DNA of 64,000 nucleotides from Fimbriosthenelais zetlandica. Taxonomy: Eukaryota. Made by a program: the position numbers and the translations under genes. This document shows, piece by piece, positions 51,664 to 64,000 of the stretch. The stretch covers positions 19,716,001-19,780,000 of the forward strand of contig OZ365113.1 of NCBI GenBank assembly GCA_977030845.1, read 5' to 3'. The number at the start of each line of letters is the position of its first letter. Position 1 is the stretch's first letter. The notes beneath the pieces are model-generated. The model was not told the DNA's origin, ran no database searches, and saw nothing but the letters and a program-made list of their open reading frames with translations.

Positions 51664-53129
51664 ATGTCCTATAAGAAATAATGCATGGCCCTAAACACTA
51701 TTTCATGGAGACGAAGGAGGATTTTAACATATTTCAAGCCCTATTTTCAATCACAACTTATTCCCGAAGCCTTTAAATCAAATTTTTACAGCTTACGACA
51801 CATCCGTGTTTGACAGCTTTATCTCCCAAAGGATGATGGCAAAGAATCCAGTCATTTGTTCGATTAAAACTGGACTAAATATGCATTACCCAGAGTCACG
51901 GTGAACTTTCTTTATGCCAAAAGTCATTAATTCTCCATGGGTTTTGTCTTTTTAATAAAGAGCGGAAATCTCTGGAGGATTTTTAAATATCAAGCTATAT
52001 TAAGTGGGCCTACAAGCTAAATATCAGCAAAGTCATATTCGAAATTGATATAGGTATCTGGTAAAAGGATACACCTTAATGCCACTTTACGCGGAAGAGA
52101 ATTTTCATTAGTCGGAAAGGGAAAACCTTTCGAAGAAGAGACCTCTTTAAAATGAAAGACTCAAAAGAGAAAGCTGAACGTTAAAGCTGGTTTGCAGAAA
52201 TAGATGCTTAAATCTCAGTTTAAAAGCACAGATAGTATTAGACAGCTTTAAGGTGAGTTATGTTTTCCACTGATGGGAAATATCCGCCAGGAGTGTTAAT
52301 AGTAGAGGTCCGCTCATAAATGAAAGCAACCCTACAAAATATACCCAGGCCCCTCCACATACATCAATGCTCTCACTTTGAGCTCAAACCCTGATACCCG
52401 CCATCTCCCTCGCTTATTCACATAAAGATAAAGCCCTTCCATCCATAAATGCTTTATAGGGGAAAAAGCTGAAGGCTGCCTGTAAAGCCTTGCCAATTAC
52501 TCAATCATCCGCAATGCTGAATATTCTGGCTGCTGTGGCAAGCAGTAGTTGGGTTGGAACCTGGCGATGTCATGGCGCCTTGCCACATCAAAAAGCCACC
52601 GACCTTCCCCTCTCCTCGCCGTCTTTAAGTCTCTGACATGGAAGCAATCAACACATTCTTTAGTTCCAAAGCGGCTAATAAATTGGGCCGCCATGAAAGG
52701 CCGCTTGTCCCCCTCTCTGCCATTTGATCTAGTCTCTTCCAGTTTGGCGTTATGACTCTCGATGGAGAAAACGCCAGTCTTAAATGTGGGAAGGAGTCAT
52801 GGAGGGGGATGAGAATAGACCGCGACACCTTTCACACTACACAGGTTATGCTCCTTCTGCATGGCTGGGCGTCTGATTGCTGGGTGAGAGCAGATGGTGT
52901 TGGCTTCAGGCTGGATCAGACATTGGCAAGTCTGGATGCTGATATAGGTCTAGGGTTCGTCATGGGTGGCAAAATGGGGCCAGCAAAAATAGACAGGCTA
53001 GTGATAAACTACTCATTAAGAATTCTCATTATCTTTTGCCACTATGCGTTAAAAGCTTAGACGTTACCTTCAGGCAAACATCAATATAGTATTATTTGAA
53101 CAGATATAATATAATCAAAGGAGTAATGG

Positions 53130-56100
53130 AATTAGGAGATTCTGGAATTGTGAATGCCATTTACTGATACACTATGCAATATTTTGGTGACGAGAATAGG
53201 CCGGTTGGAACCAAGTGCATGTGGGACCGAGCATATAACTATCAGCTCCAGTAGATATTCATATGTGAAGTCTATAGTATGAGAAATTGTCAAATTCCTG
53301 TACTCCATCAGCGATATAGCACTACCATGGACGTAACCTCCATTTACAAACACAATGTGCTACACGTACCTAGATTTATGTCTTGCAGTGAAAACACAAG
53401 GACACCGTAAATTAGTGAGGGCAATACTTGCCACATCTATACGGATGGCCTAGGGGGCGGTGGCAGCCATCATGAGATATGGAGCATGATGAATAATTCT
53501 GTGGGTATGGGCAAAACTGTCAGGCAGACTGATGTAAGGGCCGGGACAAGAGGATAGGAGGCAGGCCAAGTATTTGTATTTAGTTACCTGGAAACCATTA
53601 TCACTCTGCACCCTCGAGGTAATGTGCACAACCCTTATTGATCATGTAGGGGTGTTCTATACATTATTCACTTCAGACCAGGCCAAGTCCGCCGCAAGCT
53701 CAAGCTTAAATACTTCATCTATGCATACCTCCATTCCTTGGTCCTTATGATAATATTTGCCGTTGAACAAGACATCATCAGTATCGCAAGGGAGGTATCA
53801 GTAAAATCTATCAGTTCCTGAGGCGAACAATTATTATGCAAATAAGACAGCCATGTTGTTTTATCATTTTAAGTACCATAAATTTACCAGGGCTGTTAAT
53901 CCATGCTAATCCGGGAGTATGGCACAGAGATTTACTGTCATGAATATATCGCGGGGGACTCATTGGCAGTGTCAGGCAACCAGGGGGGATGGTAATTTTA
54001 AACCATGGTATTTTAATCCCATCATTAGACACTGGTTCTTACATAGATTGCCATATATAATGCACTGCTCTATAGAGTTTAGTGTGTACGGATTTTGATG
54101 AAATATGGCACGGGAGAGAAATATTCACACGCTTCTCCTGAATTATTGATCTCTTTATAAAATTCTTCACCATATACATGCCCATTTTCAACAAGCCTCC
54201 GTGATAAGGGTGTGTTTGCCTAGTTGAAAACAACCAATTAATTTAGTTGGCCTCAGGCAACGGTACATAATGGAAGGCTGCAGATAGGAGAGGCCCGATT
54301 CAACTCAGGTTCCCACCATGAACCGACCATCATGCAATGGCCCTTGCATGAATACATTTGCAAGGATTTAAATATAAACAAAAAGGTTTCATGTATGCAT
54401 GTCAGTTTATATAGATCATGGTTTCCGGGGTTGGGTGAAAACCTCCATAAATTGGTATGTAGTAATAGAACCAATATCTTTTGCTTATGGCATAGATGGT
54501 AAATTGATTGCACCAGAACTGAGGTGAAAGTACTTTTATGTTACCTGCAGTATTAATAGCATTCTGACAGTAGGAATAAAAGACATTCATTTCGTTAGTC
54601 AGATTATCAATATAATATTACTGGATAGAAACATACACATCAGTTAAGTGATGGGTTAGGCTTATATTATACATACGTTTAGTGCCTAAAAGTACAATGA
54701 AATGCTGGCTTTACTCAACTGTGTGCTCGACAAACATGATGTATCTCAACTGACACTGTCTGTTTTGCCTATGGGGACAGAATTTTCATAATTCATCAGT
54801 AATTGTTGGCAAACTATGGGAAAACCAAGCAAATAATAGTCGTGTCACCTCCATATATTATGATCTTGGACTGCACACTGTCAGCTGTGACAGTACCTTG
54901 CCAAATACATTCAGCGGGAGGTTACAAATTGTATGGGTGCATGATGGTCAATACACTAAGTGATATATCGGAAATGGTCAGAACTGACCCATTTGCTTAA
55001 TGGTACTTGGCTATAATTGCATATGGTATTTGACAAAGCAAGCTTCTGACTGTGAAAACAAGCTGTATACATATAGCAAAATGGTTCCAATAGGTCCCAT
55101 TCCCCAACAAATATAGTACTACATGTATGCAATGCAAGGGTCGTAAAAAGTTGAAAGTGATGCCCATTGATGATTCGCCTGGAACCACTGGAAGTCCTGG
55201 AACCCGTGGAAGTATACAGTCTAGACTCTTCCCCCGATCAATATTTTTTCATTCAATTCTTTAACCGAAAGCAAGGGTTTTGTCCCTGGGTATTTTGTGA
55301 AACAAACAACCGGAGTAGTCAGGGGTGTCTCCCTGAGGAGGGCTGCTAGTAGATATTGAAGGCAGTGAATGGCTTCGTACTGCCGCTAGTGTCATACCCC
55401 GGGCACTGGCCTCTCATCCTGCCCGACTTGCCAGAGATGGCCTTTGATTGGGCCTCATGCTGGCGGCCCAAGTGCAAGTAAATGAGAAAGTTTCACCCCA
55501 GCCTGAATATCAATACCGCCATCCCTCGGGAAAACGGCCTTTATATAAGTTCATGCACACACTGCATCTCTCTCACATAACAGAAGGGTTGTTGGGTGCA
55601 TACATGTACTATGTATTCTTCCACCTCCTCCAGAGGGTGATATACTCGTATAAATGGAACACAGAAAATGTCGCCTGTGAACATAATATGAAGCTTAATT
55701 CCAACGCCATAATACACACAATATATAGGGTCTGCTCCATAAGGTTGTCATAGATCTCATGAAAGCTCCCCGTTCTTTCTTCCTTACAATGTGCTCTGGT
55801 TTACTACATATGAGTTGGCAGTAATTGTATCACATACTTCATAAGCGTTACTGGAACCTGATCTGAAGAAGAAAGCCCCGATGACATGCATCCAAGGGCC
55901 TTTCATCTTGCTGGTATATATTGTGTACAGAAATATATTTAGAGGTAACTAATAACACACAGTGCTTCCATTTTATATGGGATTTGCATGTATTGAATAT
56001 ATTGGTAACCCCTTTTATAAGCAGTCTCAGATATTTCAAACATACACATACTCTAATATACTGAATCATTCCATTCATGATAAAAACACCTGCACTTCAA

Positions 56101-57100
56101 CTGCATACAAAATTATATACAAAATCCCAAAACATATACAGTGGGATTAGGAATGTCTGCAATGCCACAATAGCCTCCCGCCAAACCCTCTACGATGACA
56201 TGGGCTGCAGACATCCAGTGAGAAATCGCCGGTAGGATCATAATGGGATATTCCTCGGCTAAAGCTAAGCCCTCCATACAGTGATTGTGACAATCAATAG
56301 CGATTTGCATGCCTTAATAAGCCCCCATCCCACTTAATCCATGGATGTCCGGAAACATTTGCCAACGGCTGGCGTTGGCATATTTGCAGTGGTCTAGATT
56401 TACCAATCTATTTTTTCTCCACCAATATAACTGGGCAGCAGATTGTGAAGCTTAAACCTAGTCGCAGAACCTCATCTTTAGAGACCATTCTTCTACTTGA
56501 AGTAATGTTTGAGAGAAGGGTCTGGAATTATTAGAAAGAGAAAGGCAAGATGTGGTATTCTTATGGCTGAGCACGAACTAGCATCTCCCATTAGTCGATA
56601 CGGAGTGGATGTCCGCTGAAATGTCAATAGATCTTAGATTTCAGTGGGTGAAATGCAATACCGTTCAAATTTCTCAAGTCCAATATTATTTCTGGAGAAT
56701 ATTTTCGACATGGGAGCTAGCTTCGGGTATAAACATGCCTTAATGTCCAGCTAGAGAGATTCCAGATGTGTCTGGAACGATGATCATAAAACGAGAACTG
56801 TAAATGGGTATATATATAAGATCACGGCACTGCTTTGGTATCCACATGAAGATCATAAGCCCATGGTGATATATATCTGGCAACATAATGAGATGTTTCC
56901 TTGTCCTGAGATAAACAGGGTAGGTCTCCTTGAGATGATAACCTTTAAGCTTAATCGGCTCGAGCACGAAGCTGGCACAGGCCACGTGCGCGAGCCTGCA
57001 AATCATTGATTCTACAAGCTTCATATAGAATGTCCGTCTGGTAAAGGCCATTTGGCCAGTGGAAACATCTTAAATAGAGCAAGAATCATGTACTGTGCTC
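53130..57100 (-). pseudogene. Long (~4 kb) decayed ORF block, possible major capsid protein
   Basis: A chain of minus-strand ORF remnants (56740-57051, 56113-56310, 54997-55188, 54402-54590, 54039-54233, 53811-54032, 53132-53353). Only faint MCP-like strings (WFYYYIP, THPYHGG). The call rests on size and position. Confidence 0.25.
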
Positions 57101-59959
57101 CGGCAGATGACTCAGCTCCACTGGCTGACATGGTGGACAAAGCGGATACATCCCAAGTCCTGAAGATTACACAAATAGTGAATCAGCACAACAAAGGATA
57201 GTGTTTGGACTCGGTGACCTATATAGTTTCACATGTTAAAATCAAATCAATAGGAAATGCAATGTATTATCCCTATGAAAAATTGACAGGACATACTTAA
57301 TGGGTTAGGTATTGACCTATATAATGATAGTGTCTGAAATCCCCATGATGTAAATGCTTTCTATTCCGGGCATATTCGGTCTTGAATTTCATCGGGTTAT
57401 TTATCAACATTGAGGGATACTTTGATGACCTTCTGGACTGAAATTATCTGTGTTGGGAGCCCTGAAGGCAGGCTATAGTTTACACACATGTACCAGATAC
57501 TATAAGTATAAGACTGGGATGTGGGGTGAGAGGAGTCGATGGAGCAGCACATGGGTGCACTACACCTCATTAAGTTAGTGATTTATTTAGTCTAACCTTC
57601 ATTGATACATTACCGGTCCATCAGGGCATAATATACCCATCCCCGTGCACCGGAGGGCCAGTCAAATGAACATCTCCCCTCCTTACCGAACACCTCTACA
57701 GGCATACCACTACATGTAATTGATGCAATACATTATCTTATAAGGCTTGACAGTAATTAGTTTAATATGATTTAGATAGTGCATGGAATGGATTCTGTAT
57801 TGATTATTTTATTGCCCTTTAAGGTTTCTCCAATCTAGAAAACCCCATTTGTTGTAGATGCTTGGAGGTAAGAAAGTTGCCTGCCAGATAATGAAATCAT
57901 TGCATGGCCACTCACTCCCATGCAAAGCCCATTAGAGGCAGTGTCAACCTCAATCATTTGAAGACCTGCCTAGTCTGGCATCATAATTCAAATGCCTCAT
58001 GCAGTCTAGAGTGAGGGAGTTATACATCTAAGCTATAATCTGAAGCCATATATATACACGGTATAGTGCCCGGGTCTGGCTTTTATCTGGAAAGTCTGCC
58101 TAAATGAAAAGTGAGATTCATATTCATAGGCTAGTTAGGTGAGATGCAGATGTGGGCGGTCACGAAGCTGTAGAAGTCATTGATAGATGGGAATAATGGA
58201 GGTGATGATGATGAATTGGCACTTCCCACGGGAGCAACTCTTATTACGAGGGGCTGGGCGTGAGCAAGATGTTCAAATGGCCAAAAAGGCCTTGACTTCA
58301 TATCAAGAAGTCATGATAAGACTTCTTTGCGTGTCTAGAATCAGTGTCTTCTCATCCTCCCTCCACAATTAATATTCTTTGGTGGAATTACTAAAAATGA
58401 TCACCAGATTCATTATGTTCGAGTCTGATCCTGATCCTAAGCATTTAGTCTCATTTTTTAACATTCTTTTTTTCTCAAGATTTCATCTTTAAAAGTCAGA
58501 TAATAGTTTTGCACATGGCAAGACGGCCTGTCAGAAGGTAGGTCATGTGTTAAGGCAGAAGCTTAATGCTTACCATTACAGACTCCAGGTGGAGCACGTT
58601 CTACCATCTCAAAGTTCCACCAATATGCCACCTTAGAAAAGGAGAATTCCGACACTCCCCCGTGCTATAGGTCAGGTCTAACTTTAGCCAGGATTGACCT
58701 CATTTTGTTGAACAAACCGAGCACAAGTAATGTTTTGAAATAGGTTTGTTATCCATATATTGTGAGAGCAGTGGTTTGATGGCTTCAGGCTGGAGGAAAG
58801 ACCCTTCAACAATAAGGTACATGCAGGTTGCACCTGATGTTACTCAAGGAGGTATTGTATTTCTAACTCGTATTTCTCATCATGTTATTGGCAACACATG
58901 TGCTTCATGATCAGTATAAGGAATGTGTACCCTTTGTCTTACCTGCATGGATGTTCCCATTCTCAAGAAGGGCCTATCAAAACTTAAATTTCAAAATAGC
59001 ATAAATTATAATGCCTATTGTTTAAAAAAGTTTATCAGATATCTCTACCAGAAATTCAATCAGCAAATGTGAACCGATTGACTAAAAAGCTTTTCTCGAT
59101 TTAGAATCTTGGGATATGTTTGAAGGAGACCGATCCAGAAATCACAGGGTGTTTCAAAGCCTTGGGACAAAATGAACCCATTTCTACAATTTAGAAATTT
59201 GTAATCGATGGGAAGGCCCGTTGATGCATTAGAAGGGACCGCCAGCCCAGTCAGGCCATTACCTCCCATGCAGCAAACGGAAACTCGGCACTTTTCAAGA
59301 TGCAAACATTCTCCACTTTCATGTTTTTCTTTTTCTTGGCCGAATGAGAAATAGTAGGAGTTCTGCTACATTACACCCCGCTTGCTACCGGAGAAGGCTA
59401 GACCCTGGTGCAATCTTATCGAGCTAGAAATTCAAGCTCAAAATTCAATTCTAAAATTACAGAAATCCATACGCATCCATACATAATGGGGCTGAACAAT
59501 GATTATGATTTCTGCATGTACCACAGTGATGTGGAATAGTTTATGCGGTGATATCCATGTGGGATATAGTTTACTGGGCTCATGTGCCTCGTACAGTCCT
59601 CCGGTGTGACCCAGGGTATGAACCTGTCTGTGTGAGGCTATGTGTAGAGACGCGCTGGTGGATCCTCCTGATCCACAGCTCAGTAAATGTCAGGGATGGG
59701 ATCAGATCCTGCTAACCATGTACCACAATACCCTCCTTCCTAAAGCCATGGGATTTTACCCTCATCTCGCCTCACCAACCCCCCAGTCCCATCCCCTATA
59801 ACCAACCCCTCATCCCCCACATCACCAAGGCCCCTACCCAATAACAAATACGCCTCCCAAGCACCAAATCCCAGGTGGACAAGGCACAGACGCACTGAAT
59901 AATTTGAATATTCCTCTATTTATAGAGGCGCTGCCTTCGAGATGTACAGCAACATATAT

Positions 59960-60685
59960 TGCAAGATCAAGTATGTATCTGTCTTGCATCTGATTTCCGG
60001 ACCATGGGGGCCGATTGGGGATGGGCGGGGGATTGATTTTGGTAGAGCTCTATCCATGTGTTTGCAGTAAATACCAGGCGATAATGTCTGGCGCCGTCAG
60101 TGCATTTACCGGGGATTTTCATCTTAGCATTGGTCAGTTTTATGAATGGCTGAGTTGCAGTTCCCTCTTGCCTAATATAACAGGCCTCGGTGGTGGTGCT
60201 GGTGGCTGTGGCTGGGTTAGCCAGGGTCCAATGGTATAAGCCATACATAACGGTGGAATCCCTGGTCAATTGTATCAGAGAGAGTATAGGACAAAGAGAC
60301 GGCCACCCTGGGGAAGGGATTGCAACGCAAAAGCGTTCAATAACAAGCTCCAGCCATGGATCGGCCAGGACTTGAGAAACGGGGGTGAGTGTGACGATCT
60401 GAAGCCAGAGCATTCAGTACTGCCCGCAACTGGCTTAAGTCAAGCCAACAGGTACGTGAAATAATATCCATGCATATTATAATTCACCAAATGTAATGCA
60501 TCGAACACACAGGTTATACTTGCTGCTTTGGAAGAATAGGATGAATTCATCATCACAGGAAGAGAAAAATCAATGGGAAAATATATTTTTGTCAGGCTGG
60601 AGCCCGGTCCGCCGGCACCGTATAACAATGTCCTGTTAGATTGATTTTTCACCTTGACAAATGTAGGCAGAAATTGGCAAGCCAC
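59960..60685 (-). pseudogene. Candidate capsid maturation protease (assemblin-like), tentative
   Basis: One frame with a single internal stop over ~160 codons: SLPVMMN (~60563-60543; cf. LP.NI.H), LQSLPRVAVSLSY (60324-60286; cf. YLPSVSLS) and FHRYVWL. Similarity is weak; position between terminase and a long ORF block supports it. Confidence 0.3.
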
Positions 60686-62199
60686 AGTAGGCTAACCAAC
60701 AGTCCATATCAAACCAAGACGCCAATAAAGAAGTCATATGTGATACACTGCTAAGATTCGTATCATAGCATTGTGGATAGAGACAAAACGATTTTTCTAG
60801 ACGCTATAATGGATTTGAGACTATATTCTTGGCTAGACTCGGTTATATGCGAGAAGCTTCTGAACAAGTCATAGACTGATAAAGGTGGATAGCGATACCA
60901 ATTGACACAAATGGGATGCAGCTATGCCGGCTATATCTCGGAACAAGGCCGCGGACATGTGACCTCTCAAGAAGCAAGGGGTTTACTAGAATGAATGATA
61001 AGATGAAGATAATTACCTTACCAAGAGTACACTGAGGATAATATAAAGTCCAGAAAGCTTACCTGAAAAATATAAAAAAAATAGCAAAGAATTAGTCAAT
61101 ATCTTTATTGAATTCAAACATGTGGACAAGAATGTTATTCAGATTGAGCAGCAGAAAGTGGAACAAGAAATGCGACTGGAGGAATGAAATTCAAGTGAAA
61201 AATTGTTGCATGAAGCGCTCAGATTGAGTCCGAGTAAAACCATGGGCTGCTTCGGGATGAACGGAAGGAAGGGTTTGGGGGAAATTTCTTATCCCGCAGC
61301 TTTTTTTCATCCCCCTGGATTATGTGGAGGAATCCCGGGGTGATGATAAAATAGCGAAGCCACGGAATGGAGATGATATCATGGCTGGAAGGGTGGGAAA
61401 CGCGGGGCTAAAAACTGATGAGATAAAGCCACCCCGCCTTCATTTATACATAAAGCAAGTGGAAATGTATTTTTAGCCAAGAGGTAGTCGTGGAATGAGT
61501 GAAGGAACGATGTTTTAAAAAAAATCACAATAAAACATGATAAGATTGTGAAATGGAGGGAACGGGAACCTGTTTTTCCAACTCGTTATTTAAACTCACT
61601 CATTTTAAAGTGGACAAAACTTTATGATAGAATGGCTTAAATTTGAAGGTTTGTCTTAACTTCAAAACATACGTTTGATAATATAGAGGTATGAAAGGAC
61701 TCTCATTTCCTTTACAAATCACTTTCTGGTATAATAACAAAATACAATAACAAAAGCTTTCACTGAAATCTTATCAGTTCCACTAAAATGAAAACTGAAT
61801 CAGACATTGGAACAATCTTCAAATAACGCCTCTCATTATGACTGACAAAAAAGAATCTAAATGATTGATTTGGCAGTAGGAGCAATCTCCAAATTACATG
61901 GACTTTTAGTTTTATAGCCTATTTTACTTATGCAGAACATTCAAAACGAATTTTGAACCATCGTTTGGGAACCTGAAGTCAGTTTATAGATTGTATATGG
62001 CAGATCATGCTTCATTCCGAACAAAAATGTACAGATTATATCCCTAACGCACTTGATATGCTGGAATATATGAGTTCTATTAGGAAGCAACCGTTTCGGT
62101 TGGGGAACCCATCTCTAGTGCACATCAGTCCAGCAAACAAATACTCAAGAAGGGAAGACCAGAGGTATGATAGGGCACGAGAGCAATCATATGCTGTGA

Positions 62200-62540
62200 C
62201 TGGAGATGTTAGGGAGGTTGATGAATATGCTGGAGGAAGGATAGCCCAGCTAGGATAGCCTATATACCAGGTACCCGACAACAGGGAGTGGTGCTCGAGG
62301 AAGAGTTTAGAGAAGATTCCATCAGGGACATACTGAAGCAGGGGTGAAGTGTAGGGGGAAAGAAGCAGGGGATGTGCAAAGTGGAAGAGAAGCAGAAGGG
62401 ATGAGAGGAGGATGATGGGGAGGGGGAAGAGGTCCGGAATATAGGAATAGGGGCAGAGAGAGAGCATGGCAGCATGACTGAGACAAAGAGCAGGAGTAAG
62501 AGATGAAGAGAGGAGGAGCAGAAGGAATGAATAGATTAGG
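62200..62540 (+). repeat. Purine-rich low-complexity tract
   Basis: G/A-dominated on plus, following the 62007-62258 ORF in a charged-residue frame. Confidence 0.65.
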
Positions 62541-62649
62541 GGCTAACTGAAGGGCCTTCTCCATGTCCCCACATATTTTTCTTGATCATGATCCAAGTCC
62601 CAGACCCGGCCAAGGCTGGTTTAGTTTCACAAGGTTGGCCAAACGCCAT

Positions 62650-63754
62650 CCGATTGGAGAAAAATGAGATGCAACATTCAAGAGGGGAATATGAGAGGAC
62701 GTCATTCGGTTGGCGAAAATCAGGTCCAGTAATTGTTAGGTGTCAACAAACCAGGAAATAAAAGCAAACAGGCACACAAAAGGCAAATTGAAAGAACCAT
62801 TAATAAACAAATGGAACATTCAATAAAAACTTTGTGAAAACACTGTGAAGAACTGGCAACACGTCATGATGTCGACAACAGAGTGGTTGTTGTCCAATAA
62901 CATTTTTTATTGCAAAGGAACTAAATATCAAGAAGAGATATATATATATATTGTTTATTTTGTAGACCAGCCCAGTTCGAGTCATGATTAAGTGTGAGAG
63001 CTACGATCGCTATCACTTGTTGTATTCTCATCATAGTCTCTCTGAGTTGGGATGACGTATTTTAACTCATCAGCATCTTTTTCTTACGCCGCCCGACTAC
63101 AGATTTCAAGACTGTAATCAGGATTATTCATTGCATGAAGCCCTGTCTTGCTTGCTGCAATCCCAGTACTAAGCGCGCCTCCTGGAAGTTCCAAATTAAG
63201 AAGACAAAATAAAGCAGGATCGAAATGATGGAACAGCAAAAAGCGCCTGCCTCGGTTAGATGTGCTTTTGTCATTTTTCACTATGTCAGTATCAGTAATA
63301 ATCCTCCTTCTTTGGACACCCACTGATTGGAAAGTTCATCCTATGATAGTAGCTTGAAGGAAAATTATCGATAACAACAATCTGATGATTTCCCAAATCC
63401 AAGCTTAATATTAATATTTGGAAACCTCCCACACACGTTTTTCTTTTGGTAAAATGGCAGAGAGTTCTCAACGCCACAAGAAAATCAGCCTGAGGCCAAA
63501 TAGAGACATTACTTTATAAGACTGCGACGAAATGTCCAGAACATCAATTACGACAAACTCCACTGAAGATTTTAGCGCTATCGACCGAGCCAGCTTATTA
63601 GATATGATTAGCCGAGGTAAAGAGTAAAAATGGAGCCCCATAGGATGGGTTATAACAATTATGAGGCGCAGGCACAAATCAACGGGTACTGATTGGCCCA
63701 TTTGAAAGTGTATCAAATGGTGCTAATGCAAGGACGTGACATCACCAGGGCTTT
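62650..63754 (-). pseudogene. Herpesvirus UL15-like terminase large subunit (ATPase and nuclease) pseudogene
   Basis: Ordered motifs: KALVMSRPCISTI (63754-63716, eroded Walker A), IIVITH, N..ARS..EFVVIDV (63560-63540, Walker B), RLIFL (63491-63477; cf. KIIFV), HFDPA...STGIA (63227-63156; cf. YVDPA..SGTG.A), HKVFIECS (~62836-62813; cf. VAVEGN), FS...NDVL (~62720-62695; cf. FSGK..DDL). Several frameshifts. The 5' end may lie further right. Confidence 0.68.
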
Positions 63755-64000
63755 ATTTAGCACCAAAGGCGAAAAATGTCCAAATATGATTCACATGTAT
63801 CTCTATACACTGACATACACTGTGTACTATACTTTATCAGCAATTGTATTCTGACATGATATCTCGATAGGCTAAATAGCTCAACCGAAGAGATATATGA
63901 CTCTACTTAAGACATACTTTACTATACAAATAATATGCCTCATATTAAAGATTCATCTGACTCTTTTTAATATATCGATGCTTAATGATTCAGAACGGAT

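Larger units (their letters stand above)
14261..64000. mobile_element. Degraded endogenous large DNA virus, Herpesvirales-like; right end beyond the window
   Basis: Shift from AT-rich intron to tightly packed, stop-riddled pseudo-ORFs on both strands. Contains ordered PolB, UL5-like helicase and UL15-like terminase motif sets. No host exons recognised. Left boundary estimated from composition only. Confidence 0.72.

Overview
Animal genomic DNA, AT-rich, probably a bilaterian invertebrate (species not determinable from the sequence). The left 14 kb holds two intact minus-strand host genes. One is the first three coding exons of CEP76 (1398->116). The other is the last five coding exons of an alpha/beta-type syntrophin (13736->7559), with clean GT-AG sites and consistent phases. 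Between them are a tRNA-like remnant, a ~139-bp duplication and a near-perfect 402-bp tandem array. I found no syntrophin 5' (PH-N/PDZ) exon in the window. From ~14.26 kb to the window end the DNA is instead a gene-dense run of decayed ORFs with many stops and frameshifts and no recognisable host exons. By manual translation three of these carry ordered motif sets: a family-B DNA polymerase (~30.8->26.0 kb), a herpesvirus UL5-like SF1 helicase (~51.7->49.1 kb) and a herpesvirus UL15-like terminase ATPase/nuclease (~63.75->62.65 kb). Weaker candidates exist for a capsid maturation protease and a major capsid protein. Best interpretation: a >=50-kb fossil endogenous Herpesvirales-like (Duplodnaviria) genome, probably inside a syntrophin intron and later invaded by a MITE. 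All viral calls are by-eye motif matches in degraded sequence, not database hits, and their boundaries are approximate.
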